DNA from: Squalus acanthias
Taxonomy: Eukaryota
Reading direction: 5' to 3'
Assembly (NCBI GenBank): GCA_030390025.1
Contig: CM059453.1
Span: forward strand, 6,200,001-6,264,000
Length of the DNA stretch: 64,000 nt
Under the pieces are notes generated by a model. That model was not told the DNA's origin. It was given only the letters and a program-made list of their open reading frames with translations, and ran no database searches. The position numbers were made by a program, and so were the translations under genes. The number at the start of each line of letters is the position of its first letter. Within the stretch, counting starts at the first letter, position 1. Of the stretch, positions 51,601 to 62,991 are shown in pieces.

Positions 51601-54503
51601 GTAGAAATTGCAAAATAAACTGTTTAGAAGGGACGATGCAGTCAGTCGCCGTTAAGTGCAGTTGCTCAGAATGGTTGGATCTGAGTATGGTGTCCCATGG
51701 GGCTATGCTGTGGGATTGCTTTTACTCACTGTGTGCATCAATAATTTGGAGAAGGCGCTAAAGAGACTGATGTCCAAATTTCCCGTTACGAGTTAATTAG
51801 ATTCCAACAAAATGAAAATTGTGCAGTGTGTACAATGGGAGGCGCATCCACTATCGCCAGTTTGACAAACATGACAAAGTTGCTAGTACAACTCCCAGGA
51901 AATAACTAGAGAACTAAAGGGAGTTACAAATGGATACGAGAGATATTGTAGAATGGGGACATAAGAGGCAGATATAATTCAAGGTCAAAAAATATGAGGT
52001 GGTAGATGTTAATTTGAACCGTAGGAAGCTGGGAGATGTGGAAGAGCAGAGGAATTTTGGGTCAGGTTCATAAGACAGTAAAAGCAGCACCTCCAGTGGA
52101 AAAGTGTATGAAAATGTTTCTCGAGCTCTGAGTTTCATGGCAGGAGATCTGTAATATAAATTCGAGATTAGTGGCGATTCTAAAGAGAACAGTAGTTTGT
52201 TCGCATTTTGAGTAAGAATACGGATATTGGACGCCAGCCTATAGGAAGGCTACAGGGTTGATTCGCATAGTTTCTGTCTGGTATGATGAAGTACAATTAG
52301 CAAGAAACTATTTAAAAATTGAGGCAGATTTTATTAGGCTAAAACAGATTTTGGGATGATTTGACAGAAGTGCTGAAACTTTTTAAGCAACAGGACAGAG
52401 GAGAAAGAAGCAGACTGAAGTCGAATTTGAAATGGCCGCCCTGGTTAAAACTGTCATTCCAGACAAGTCACCCATTCTAGCAACCAGCCGAGTTCCATTA
52501 CCTTTCATGTCATTGTAACTAATGAGCTGCTGGTGAATGTATTGTAAGTACGACCAAAAATGTCAGCTTTAGGTTCAGTCAACACTTAGTAAATCTATCC
52601 TCATGTGGACATTTCAGAATAGTCTCGACAGGTGTTGGAAGGGAATTGCAATAAAGGGATATGGGAACTGAGCAGGCACATGCGATTCGGAGTGTTGATC
52701 ATGGGAAGGACAAACAGCAACACGGGCTGGCTGGACCGAACGGCCTGATTTACTGCTGTAATTTCTATATACCTCTGTGCTTAAGATATGAATGCATGCG
52801 TCTCTTATCAGTACCCCTGCCCGCTATGTTTCCACGAACCTTAATGTTCGGCCAGATAAACCAAAAAAATTGAAATCTTTAAAAATAGGATGTGAAGGCC
52901 CTGGGGAGGGGGCAGAGCAGATTTACCAGAATGGTTCCGGCAGATGGGGGATCTTAGCTAATAGGATATGTTGGAGAATCTGGATTTGTTTTCATTTGAG
53001 CAAAGGAGGTTGAGGGGTGATTTGATAGAGGTGTACAATATTATGACGGGTTTGGATAGGCTAGACGGGGAAAGGCTGTTCCCACTAGTTGATGGTACAA
53101 GGACCAGGAAACAGAGATAAAGGTTTTGGGCAAGAGATACAGGGGGAATGTGATTAAAAACTTTTTAACGCAGTGAGTGGTGAGGACCTGGAACTCGCTG
53201 CCGACGGAAGTGGTGGAAGCGGAGACACTCAATGTTTTCAAGGGGAGACTGGATAGGCACTTGAGGGAAATAAACTTGATAGGGCTACGGGGATAGAGTG
53301 GGGAAATGGGACTGACTGGATTGCTCTAAAAAGACCCGGCACGCACTCGATGTGCCGAATAACCTCCCTCTGTACCGTTATAAATCTATGAATTGATGTT
53401 GATTCATACTAAAACAATGGAATAAAAATGTACAAGTACAATAAATGGCAAACTCACCTAAAACAGAAAGAAAGACTTCAGAACGGAAAATGCGATGTGT
53501 AATAGAATTTCTGCCCGAGGTGATGGCTGTGATGAACTGATATGCACCCTCATCACTCTTTCGGATATCCTTTATCAGGAGGGAGCATTGTCTTTTTTCA
53601 AGGTTGCCCTTAAACTCAGCTCTGCCACTATAATTATAATGCTGCCTGAATGGAACATTCGAATCATAGATAATGGTGTCATTGGGTTTTCCAGGACCAG
53701 GTTCCCTCTTTATCCACCTCCCGTTCAGGTTGGCGATGTAGCCCATGTTATCAAATTTACACGGGATCTCTGCACAAGAACCCAACACCGCCGACACAAC
53801 TTTTGGCATCACCACAGAACATTGAACACTACAAAAGGCTGAGAAAATAAAATATTAGACTGCCTTTAAGAATCTATTCAAAATGTATTGCAAATTCTTA
53901 AGCATCCATAAAATTGCTTGTTGATTGACTAAAAGCCTCCCAGCACAATAGCAATTTAATTATCAGTTAAACACTATTCAAAATCAAGTAAAATACTGAC
54001 TAAATACCAATCGCAAAAATTATTGACATGTTCATTGGAATATATATTTGATAGTAGTTTTATCAACAAATAATATGCATATTTAATACTCATCTGAAAA
54101 CCGAACACATATCCACTAAGAAGCAAGTGAATGCCCTATAAAATCTTCATTAAATATAAATTAAAATTAATATTAATTAAAATGAACATTACACTTCTAT
54201 TGACTCTCCCTTGAATTACTCAATCAATATGAATTAGCTTGCTATTAAATGTGCATTACAATTCTCATTAAATATAACTTGAAAAGCCCTATATTTAAAT
54301 ATTGTTTGAATAGGCAATCACATGCAATAACACACTTATGGAATACCAACTCACCATTGATACAATCAATTAAAAAAATTATATTAGGTCCTGTCCTTTT
54401 CTTTTCCCAGCAGATATTAATCAGCTGTTTTAGAAATTAGTAAAAACGTAAGAAATGTACCTTCGTTCAATACCATGAGAGAAACCAACACGCAAGTCCT
54501 CAT
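39597..54503 (-). CDS. Gene B: Siglec-like (V-set + 3 C2-type Ig) receptor with TM arginine and no intact ITIM (putative activating type), 500 aa; complement join 54461-54503, 53458-53838, 50445-50756, 44562-44819, 43347-43634, 42445-42538, 40105-40183, 39597-39644
   Basis: All exons GT-AG with the same phases as A and an open frame of 1503 nt. TM TILLIIRGGATGIVLLIAVVLLL; tail RKKSSETACVPKTASGALVYTGDLNVERDDHVSPAIDSTSSE*. Confidence 0.82.
40105..40183 (-). CDS. Gene B exon 7: cytoplasmic exon, ITIM degraded to LVYTGD
   Basis: attttttag|(R)KKSSETACVPKTASGALVYTGDLNVE|gtaagt; 9 nt shorter than A. Confidence 0.82.
40520..41330 (-). mobile_element. CR1 fragment specific to gene B intron 6
   Basis: Minus-strand IYINDL..SNFADGT, RPQLEYCVQFWAP, LEQRRLTGDLI. 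Confidence 0.9.
42445..42538 (-). CDS. Gene B exon 6: transmembrane with Arg (AGA at 42506-42504)
   Basis: attttttag|GIFSRTILLIIRGGATGIVLLIAVVLLLKIQ(R)|gtatga. Confidence 0.92.
43347..43634 (-). CDS. Gene B exon 5: membrane-proximal Ig domain
   Basis: ttttag|YKHTILAGPTCISSENWTNCNCRIRANP..SCVAANEHG..LHSK|gtatgt. Confidence 0.92.
44562..44819 (-). CDS. Gene B exon 4: Ig domain 3
   Basis: gtttcag|YGLEIPTVNSS..LYCTAWGKP..W..DDGEYWCIAENALG..ISVQ|gtaagt. Confidence 0.92.
45410..50440 (+). mobile_element. Paralogous near full-length CR1 LINE in gene B intron 3, with nested minus-strand CR1 fragment at 49055-49659
   Basis: ORF1 ATG at 45912, IGDSIVRG, HIGTND, DGLHLN; ORF2 [17 protein letters not shown]; same nested insertion and CATTT duplication as in A. 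Confidence 0.95.
50445..50756 (-). CDS. Gene B exon 3: C2-set Ig domain 2
   Basis: EKPDISGYGELTAGQTARLTCSVTHNCP..GKILGC..LEIK|gtaagt. Confidence 0.93.
52880..53395 (+). mobile_element. CR1 3' fragment in gene B intron 2
   Basis: Paralog of 32220-32735. Confidence 0.88.
53458..53838 (-). CDS. Gene B exon 2: Siglec-type V-set domain
   Basis: AFCSVQCSVVMPKVVSAVLGSCAEIPCKF..QCSLLIKDIRKSDEGAYQF..LSVL|gtgagt. Confidence 0.94.
54461..54503 (-). CDS. Gene B exon 1: signal peptide
   Basis: gccATG MRTCVLVSLMVLNE G|gtacat. Confidence 0.85.
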
Positions 54504-57449
54504 GGCTGGAAAAGCAGCCGATTTCACTCTCAAAATGAAGAAGCTGTTTCACAATTAAGACCATTCAGGTTTTTGCATTCCTCTTTCCAGTCACATATTG
54601 GATTTCTTTGCTAATCAGCATCAGACTTTCGGGGAAGTCCGATTCGGTTCCTACCGATGTGTCGGAACAGTGCTCACTCCCTCAGCTCCGTTGCTGAGGT
54701 AGGCAGCCAACACATCATATACATGGGCTGCTTGTGACCGACTGTTACTGAATATGATGTTATGGTATTTCTAACAGTTGCTGAAGAATACTTAATACAG
54801 AAACAACATCTCACTCTCTCACGCACAAACACACAAAGGTACTGTTATTTATGATATAGATAATTGGAGTCTGCGACAGATTGGCACCGCCCACGCTTGA
54901 AGGCGACTCTGACTCACATTTCACACACATTCAGCTTTCTGGCAGCTAATACGAGCTGAATGTTGCAGAGGTGTGACTTCAGTTAGTTAGCTTGCTGCAG
55001 TCTGTAGCCGTGTGGTTTCGTCACCTTCATTAATAAGCGCTCCAACATGCATCTGTGACGTCACAGATAGGAGCTGTTTGACAGTAAACCGTTTGACTCT
55101 GTGGTAAACAGACTTGTTTCCAATTGAATTAACTCTCTATGTTAATGGACACTCTCTCTAAATTATCGAAATTAACTAAAAATTCATCTCTATTTGCAGC
55201 AGTACTTTTTTTTGCTGGAAATTTTGACATGAGGTCTGGGACGTGTGAAACGAACGAGAGCTTTCTGACATAAATGCAAACACCGCTAGAAAATACATAG
55301 CTTAAAGTGATTGAAACAACTGGTCCTGCAAACTGATCAGTGAGGTACACACCTGGAGGCGTGTAACAGGCGGCCGGTCCGATATCACATTTTCTACACT
55401 CCTGATCATACGTTACATGAAACCCCCATAATTTCCCAGCGGCTATTATCACGATTAGTTAGGTTTAGCCTTGGAATATCACAAGCTTTAGTTCAAATCG
55501 CGACACAAATAAAATGGCCCGGACTTTCCAAGCCCTATGACTAGATACCCACAGCATACGCGACCGTAAGTGCCCCGCAAGTTCTGGGTTTCCACATGCA
55601 ATGACCATGGGCTAAAAGACGGAACTTGCGATCTGTCAAAATTGTCCTTGTCAGATCGTACCCATCCGCAGGAAATGGACATTCGCTGGCACAGAGTAGG
55701 GTTATTTGCCCAACTGCTGCCCAGCGAATTCCCACGGAACCCATACGCCTAGTAAAAAAAAATGTGTAACACTTTCTTTAACAAACATAAGGGCTTAAAT
55801 ATATATTAAAATAAATGTTTTTCAGTTGTTTAACTGCAGAAAAATCTTTAAAGTTAGCTTAGGTTATTTTTGCCCCTTGAAAATGTTTACATTTATTTTT
55901 CCAAAAATACATTTCTGTTTCAAATATTTAATTAAATTGTATTTCAACTGATTTTGACCATGAGATGATGTATTTTTATTTCAGTATGTTTTTTAAGTGA
56001 TTTCTAAGATGCTTAAGGGGATTCTGTACGTCAATGGAATTCTTTAAGCATAATGGGAAAGCCGCATTTTGATAGGTTGGGCTAACCCACCTGATCCCAG
56101 GGAGGCTTATGAACCGCATGCGCTCCCGGGATAGGTGGGCTATACGCAGGCGTACGCCCGCAGGCCCAGGGCAGCAAGAGTCGGATGGTGCTGAGGTACC
56201 AGGTAGGTGCAGAGTTTAAAATAACAACAGAAAATGCTGGAAGCACTCAACAGGCCAGGCAGCATCCGTGGAGAGAGAAACAGAGTTAACGGTTCCGGTC
56301 AGGGACCTTTCATCAGAACTGGAAGAGGCGAGAGATGTAACAGATTTTAAGCAGGTGCAGAGGCAGAGAAAGGGGGAGGGAAGATGAGGAAGGAACTAAA
56401 TGTATATTATGTGCTAAGGTAGGAGGAAGGAAAGATTAAATGTTGCTAATGGGGATGGCAGAATCAAAAACAGCCTGAAAAATGGTGGCAGCGCTTATAG
56501 CCTGAAACTGTGAAACTAATGTTGAGTCCAGAAGACTGTAAAGTGCCTAATCGAATGATGAGGTGCTGGTCGTCGAGCTTACGTTGAGCTTCATTGTGAG
56601 ATGCCGAGGACAGCGAGATCAGAGATTACTTGCTTTCGCCCTTGAGAAGACTCCAACCACAATATCCAGCCCAATAAGTCAGTACAAACATCAGGCAGTT
56701 TATTGAGTTAGTCAACTGTATCACCACTACGAGTGCCCACCTCTGCCCTTCGTCGTTTTTTTCTTGCAGAGGACACCAGGACCGCTCAGTTGGTTGCAAT
56801 TTGAAGTCAATGCTGTCAGTCACCAGGTGTGTTAGGTTTTCTGTGTCCACTTCACCATTAATAACTGAATGTCTCTTTTAAATTTGGCTGGCATTCTTCC
56901 TTAAGAAATCGCCAATGTTGTGAACATTAAAGAACATTGATGATAAAGATAGGCGGACAATGAGCCACGTTGAATTAGTGTAGTTTGTGCAGTTCTCATT
57001 GGTCTTTGGATTCTTCTCCTTGACACAAAGGACATAATGACATTTTGCTCTGATTACTGAGAGATATGAACATCAGTCTGTGTAATAAAATGACAACCAG
57101 TGAGATGGGTAGCAAAGGTCAATAAAACTAAGCAGCTTGTGTAAAAGACTAAAGTTGATCAGGAAATTGTTTACCAAAATATAATACAGCGAGAATCTTC
57201 CCACTATATGGACACTGACCGTGCAACATATATACCAGAGGGAATCTTCCAACAATGTCTGCAGTTCCCTTACCTCACATAGATTAGAATGAATGTTCCC
57301 AATATTTCTACACTCTCTAATACACAGATACCAGAGGGACCCTTCCCAGGATATACACAGTGTCCCTACCATGAATAGAGTAGAATTAAACTTCCAATTA
57401 TTTGTACACTTCCCCTACAACACAGAGACAAGATGAAATACTTCCAGTA

Positions 57450-58210
57450 CATAAGAACATAAGAATTAAGAGCAGCAGTCGGCCATACGGCCCCTTGAGC
57501 CTGCTCTGTCATTGAATAAGATCGTGGCTGATCTTTGACCTCAACTCCATTTTCCAACCTGATCCCCATATCACTTGATTACCCTCCAGTTTAAAATTCT
57601 ATCGATCTCAGCCTTGAATATATTCAACGATTCAGCATCCACAGCCCTCTGGGGTGGAGAATTCCAAAGATTCACAGCCATCTGAGTTAAGAAATGTCTC
57701 CGTATCTCAGTCTTAAATGGCCGACCCCTTATCCTGAGACTGTGCCCCCTAGTTCTAGACTCCCCAGTCAGGGGAAACAATCTCTCAACATCTTCCCTGA
57801 CAATCCCCCTCAGAACCTTATATGTTTCAATTAGATCACCTCTCATTCTTCTAAACTCCAGAAATATAGGCTCAATCCACTCAATCTCTCCACAGAGGAC
57901 ATCCCTCTCATCCCAGGAATCAATTTAATGAATCTTCTCTGCACTGCCTCAAATGTAAGTATATCCTTCCTCAGATAGGGAGACCAAAACCGTGCACAAT
58001 ACTCCAGATGTGGTCTCACCTAATCCCTGTACAATTGTAGCAAGACTTCTTTACCATTGTAATCTAAGCCCTTGCAATAAAGGCCAACATGCCATTTGCC
58101 TTCCTAATTGCTTGCTGTACCTGCATGTTAACTCTCTGATTTTCCTGTATGAGGACACCTAAATGTCTCTGAAAACCAACATTTATATATTTCTCAATAT
58201 TTATTAATAT
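57450..58210 (-). mobile_element. CR1 3' fragment
   Basis: Minus-strand MRGDLIETYK..RRHFLTQMAVNLWNS; (ttcttatg)n tail. Confidence 0.92.
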
Positions 58211-59149
58211 TATGCATCCCATCCGGAATGAGTGAAATCACTACTTATCTATGAAGCGATATAATGACGTTTTTTTCTAACAGTATCGTAGGAAGAAACC
58301 TGATTTTCTTAAGGTTTTAACTTAGTTCCGAACGGTGTATGTTATTAAAGGTCAGAGGCTCTCCCAGGTGTTTATTTAAGTTCTTCCAAATTTGAGAATT
58401 ACAAACAGATGGGAAACTGATATTTAAAAGGGATAATTCCGATCACAGCCTCCAGTCTGTGAGCGGCCATTAATGGACCAGCTCCCCTTCAAGTATCTAA
58501 ATTCCAGATAAACTCAATATTTTCCTGCTGAATTGAGTTGTTTTTTGCTGCAAATAATATAATTTGGATAGTGTCTGGTCTTGATGGACCAGATCTATAC
58601 ATGATCTAAATTACAGGTGAATTCAGCATGTATCTGCCGAATGGAGCTGATATTTGCTGACAATAACACTGTGCTCGTTAACTGCAACACATGAGATCAG
58701 TTTTACTGTTTCAGGTGGGTGACCCATTCTTAGGGAACGCTGCACCACGTGACTGTTCACTTCCCAGGAGATGCATTCGACATCTGGCCTGTTTCCAGTG
58801 ATGATTCTCCCATTATGGACCAAAGTGAAGTTTGCTGGGCGGGGATGGTTGCTTCAAACGCTGCAGATACAATAAGTCTAATTCTCAGCGCTGGTACTGC
58901 TCGGACTTGATATTATTCTGTGTTTATCTAAAAAAAACATTCCTGTATGAAACGTGTTTGTATCAATCAGTTGCGATGTATGGAAACATATGCGTTTGGT
59001 GTTACACTCTCAAGGAGATCCTGGCAGAGTCCAGTTAAATATTAAGCAGCCGATGTTACTGCAGTTTAGTAGCTTATTACTTATTCCACTGTTAACAATT
59101 CAGCACGTTAGCTGCACCTTTATATTCAATCCAATGAACGCATAATTTA

Positions 59150-59570
59150 ATCGGGAACGGCAGCATAGTGGTTATGTTACTGAACTAGTAATGCAAAAGT
59201 CTGGTTAATGATCTAGAAGGCGTGAGTACAAATCGCACCACGGCAGCCGTGGAATTTTAATAGTTAAAAAAATAATCGAGAATGTAAAAGCTAGTATCAG
59301 ATAATGGTGACCCTGAAACGATCAGGTTGTTATAAAAACCCATCTGGTTCACTGATATATTTTAGGAAAGCAAACCTGCCGTCCTTAGTTGGTCTGGCCA
59401 ATATGTGACTCCTGACTCACAGCAATGTGGTTCACTCTTTACTGATCTCTGAAATTACTTAGCAAGCCACTCAGTTGCAAGAACAGCGGTTCAAGAAGTC
59501 GGCTCACCACCACCTTCTCAAGGACAATTAGGGATGGTCAATAAATGCTGGCCTTGCCGATTACATCCCA
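59150..59570 (+). mobile_element. tRNA-derived SINE
   Basis: A-box-like ggcagcatagtgg, degenerate B-box gagtacaaatcgc, and a 3' tail that matches the 17445-17540 LINE tail. Confidence 0.75.
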
Positions 59571-60019
59571 GAAACAAAAAACAAAACAATACTTCTCCTG
59601 GCAGAACTTGTGGAGTTTTCAGAATGGGTGGAGGCTCAGACTGGTATCTTGATATAATATACCGACCAATGAGCCTCACCTTTCAATCTGCAAGAAAGGA
59701 CAATCAATTTCAATTTCTTTACGAGTTGTATTTTTTTAAATATCTTCCCTTTGTGGTGGACGGATGTGTTGCTTCAAAAGATGTGCACCGAACATATATA
59801 TATCGTGCAAATGATGGAGCCTCTGATTATTAAATTGTGAACTTAGTATTTATACACATAATATTGATTGGGTTTCCCACAATATTTTGGATGTTTGTGT
59901 GGAATCTGTAATCATGAAAGTGAGAGAGTTCAGTTCTGGGGAATGCAATATTATTAATGTTAGTGTTAGATGGAGACTGCGGCTCGCAGTAAAGGTGCTA
60001 CTGAACCAATTTCAGAAAA

Positions 60020-60033
60020 GCGCCACCTGCTGG
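60020..60033 (-). promoter_or_regulatory. CTCF-like motif (reverse)
   Basis: gcgccacctgctgg reads CCAGCAGGTGGCGC on the minus strand. Confidence 0.55.
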
Positions 60034-60344
60034 ATTGCTATTACTTTCTGCCAAGTGGAGCCCCGATCACCCTGAGCGAAACATCCAATTCACTTTGTGT
60101 GATTGGAGATAGCGAGGTTGTTTGCTGTGGGTTGACTAGACTGTCTCGAATTGATTTCACATTACAGATTTACTCCAAACAGGGAAAGTTATATTTTAAC
60201 GCCGATTCCAGGAAATGAAATGTAACTATCTAATTGGACAAAACATGCATCACTAACATTCTACAGAAATCTCTGGTGAGCTGTTCGCTGTATCCAAGAC
60301 ATTTTCAGCCACTCAAAAATACTCACATTCAATATTTTAAAAAA

Positions 60345-60605
60345 AATATTGTTTATTCGTTCCTGGGAGGTGGGCGTCTCTAGCAAGGCCAACATTTATT
60401 GCCCGTCCCTAATTGCCTCAACCAAAAATCACTAAAGCAGACTTCTGGACATTATCACGCTGTTGGTATGTGGGATTTGTTATGTGCAATATGACTGGCA
60501 ATTTTCCTACACTACAACAGTGACCACACTTCAAACGTATTTCATTGGCTGTAAAGCGATTTTGGATGTCTTGAGGTCGTAGAAGGCGATATATAAAAGC
60601 AAGTT
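60345..60605. mobile_element. Two SINE tail fragments that truncate the copy-C exon remnant
   Basis: 60350-60420 is a minus-strand tRNA-SINE tail; 60460-60605 is a Deu-type SINE 3' end. Confidence 0.6.
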
Positions 60606-61638
60606 TTTTACTTTGTTGTTGTGAGGTTATTGGAAGAAGTGTTGGTCTAATCCCAGCTCCCAGCAGTTCTCTTCCCAGCGAACTTCGCTGATTTACTGAA
60701 TAAATTGTTTGACTTTATCACTTCCTGTGGTGACTTTGCGACATGTAGGCATATTTCGCAAAGTGCACAATTGATTCGAAAGGGATAAGAGGTAGGATTA
60801 GGAATGCACCCCGCAGAAAGCACGTGTGGCGGTGTGCAAAATATTCTCCTTTCAAAGGTACTGAGGACAGGGATAGGAATCCATTGGCGTAATGGACAAG
60901 TTGTATTGTATTCGCATTTTGTAAATGTAATGCCTGAATGAAACATTTTTACAATCTGGTTCCTTGTCACAGCTCTAAATGTTTCAGTTCCAACACCAGA
61001 AGATTACACCCCATTGCATTGGTTAGTCATTTTCATTTCAGTTGAAAGGGTAAATCCAACGGGTAATGAAAGAAATTCTGCGGGCAGTATGCTCCACCAC
61101 CTGACATCAGTCCCACTGATCAATACTGGCAGAGTCATATCGGACCCGGGTGTTGTCATGTCGACCAACCCAGCAATGTCATTGGCAACGCGTGTAGTTT
61201 ATATCATTTCATTTCATACCAAGCGCATGATTTATGTGTTCCTGATGGTGCTACTATAGTGGGAAGATTATCTCTGTGTGTTAGTGACAGTGTCCATTTA
61301 CATTGCGTTCACAGCACCGAAAGAGGCCATACTGCCCAACTGGTACATGGCTCACACGAGCGTCCTTCCACCGCTCTTCTTTTCACGCTATTAGCATAAC
61401 CTTATATTATTTTCTCCCTCTTGAGCTTATCTAGCTCCCCCTTAAATTAATCTATGCAATGCCCCTCAACTACTCCATGTGGTAGCGACTTCCACTTTCA
61501 AACCACTTTCTAGGAAGTAAATTTACACAGGGAGCATTTAATTTGATGATTCTCTTTGGTCTTATTATTACTACTTTAATTTTACGCTATTATCACTTCT
61601 GTCATTAAATCCGCTCCTGTTCTCCACCTAATCACTTC

Positions 61639-62991
61639 TGTAGGGGGTTTTGTGGTAGGGGTCAGCCTCACCTCTGACTCAGTGAGCGGTTGGAATCGCT
61701 CTCACGCCGCTGGTTCTAGACCTTGGGATTATTTAGGGGTTGTGAACAAAGATGCAGTAGACAACCGGTTCTGATGAAAGAATTTTGACTTTATTAAAAG
61801 AAAAAGGTAACAAACTTAAAACACACTTAAGACTTAAACACAGATGGCGAACACGCGGTACAGGCGAGGTAAATAACATTAGAAGAATACTTCACCCCTC
61901 CCAATCCCACTTCACTAGCTAGGTTGGACTCTGGAGAACCAGGGATAATGCTCACCAAACGAATCCTTGACAGTTGAGAGTAAGGGGTTAGAGTCATTTG
62001 AGTAAAAGGTTTCGTAAGGCCCTTGTTGCCGCGAGGTGTACGATGGTCATTGAGGCAGTCGCTCTGGTTTCTTCTTGCGTGTCGGGCTGCTTGTGAAGTT
62101 GTTGGCCTTCTTAGTTGAACTTCTTGCTGTAACTCTGCCTCTGTTTAAACTCTCTTCTTCCGAGCTGTGGAACTGCCTTCTTGCAGAAATGTGGAAACTG
62201 CCTTCTGCCTGCTTGTCCTGAACTCTGTTACTGCAGCCCTGACTTCTTGCTGAAAACAGGCTTTTTGATTGAACTGCAGAACTGCCTTCTGTTGAACTTG
62301 AACTGTAACTGTTTGATGGGCCTTCAGTTATACTAAATTGAAGTGGCCTTATTGTGTTTTTCGCGCCAAAACCGCTTTACTAAATCGGTATCGTGTTGAA
62401 GTGATTCAGGTTTCGGTTGAGGCCTGTTCATTCTATTGTCTTAGGTTTTGGCGGGCTCGTTAAGTTTGATGATTTTAACTTTGTGTAAACTTGTCCTTTT
62501 GGCTTCCGATTGTTTTCAGGCTTCTAGCATCCTGTTTGTGCCTGGGGATTTCAAAAGGGGTCTTGGATTATTCATTTTTGAATGTGTTTGTGAGGTTTTG
62601 GATGAGGCTCATCCTCCTTGGTTGGATTGCAGTGCAAACATCTTCCAGACAGCTTGACTGTGGCCCAAAATCAAAAGCTGTCCACTACCTCAACACCCCC
62701 TGCCCGCAGCCTGTATTGTTTCTGTGACTGCAAGGTTTCATTCAAAGTCATTTTTCCTCAGGGCTTTTCTTCCCTGATCCTTAAAAATGTCCAAAACTGA
62801 GGTTTTGACCTCAAATTCCTTCACAGCCTTTTCTCCCTTTACAGGCCCAGACATGTTTTTAAAATGACAAAACTTGGTTTTTGGTCTTAAATTCCTTATG
62901 TTAGGCCCAAATGCATTTTTATCACTCTGGGTTAGTTCCAAAGTCCTTTTTCCTTAGGCTTTGGGGATCTGCAAATGTTGGAAACCTTACA
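61639..62991 (-). repeat. 3' LTR (~1.35 kb) of an LTR retrotransposon
   Basis: On the minus strand a PPT-like GGGGGGAC is followed directly by TGTAAGG, and the LTR ends CCCTACA. TATAA lies near 62328 and AATAAA at 61790-61795. Confidence 0.8.

Larger units (their letters stand above)
58634..60330 (-). pseudogene. Decayed third Siglec-like copy: 3' remnant of domain-3 exon (60258-60330) and domain-4 exon (58634-58927)
   Basis: EYF*VAENVLDTANSSPEISVE|gttagt and KHRIISSPSSTSAEN*TYCICSV*SN..LISCVAVNEH..SKYQLHS, with donor GT->AT. Confidence 0.88.

Noticed and set aside
16238-54503. Assigning MAG, CD22 or a numbered SIGLEC symbol
   Set aside because: Four Ig domains, an ITIM tail and the missing essential Arg do not fit MAG or CD22; orthology needs a phylogeny.
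60647-61259. Cys-rich 107-aa minus ORF and an ETS/RUNX-like ACTTCCTGTGGT motif
   Set aside because: No recognisable domain or splice context, and a single motif is not enough.
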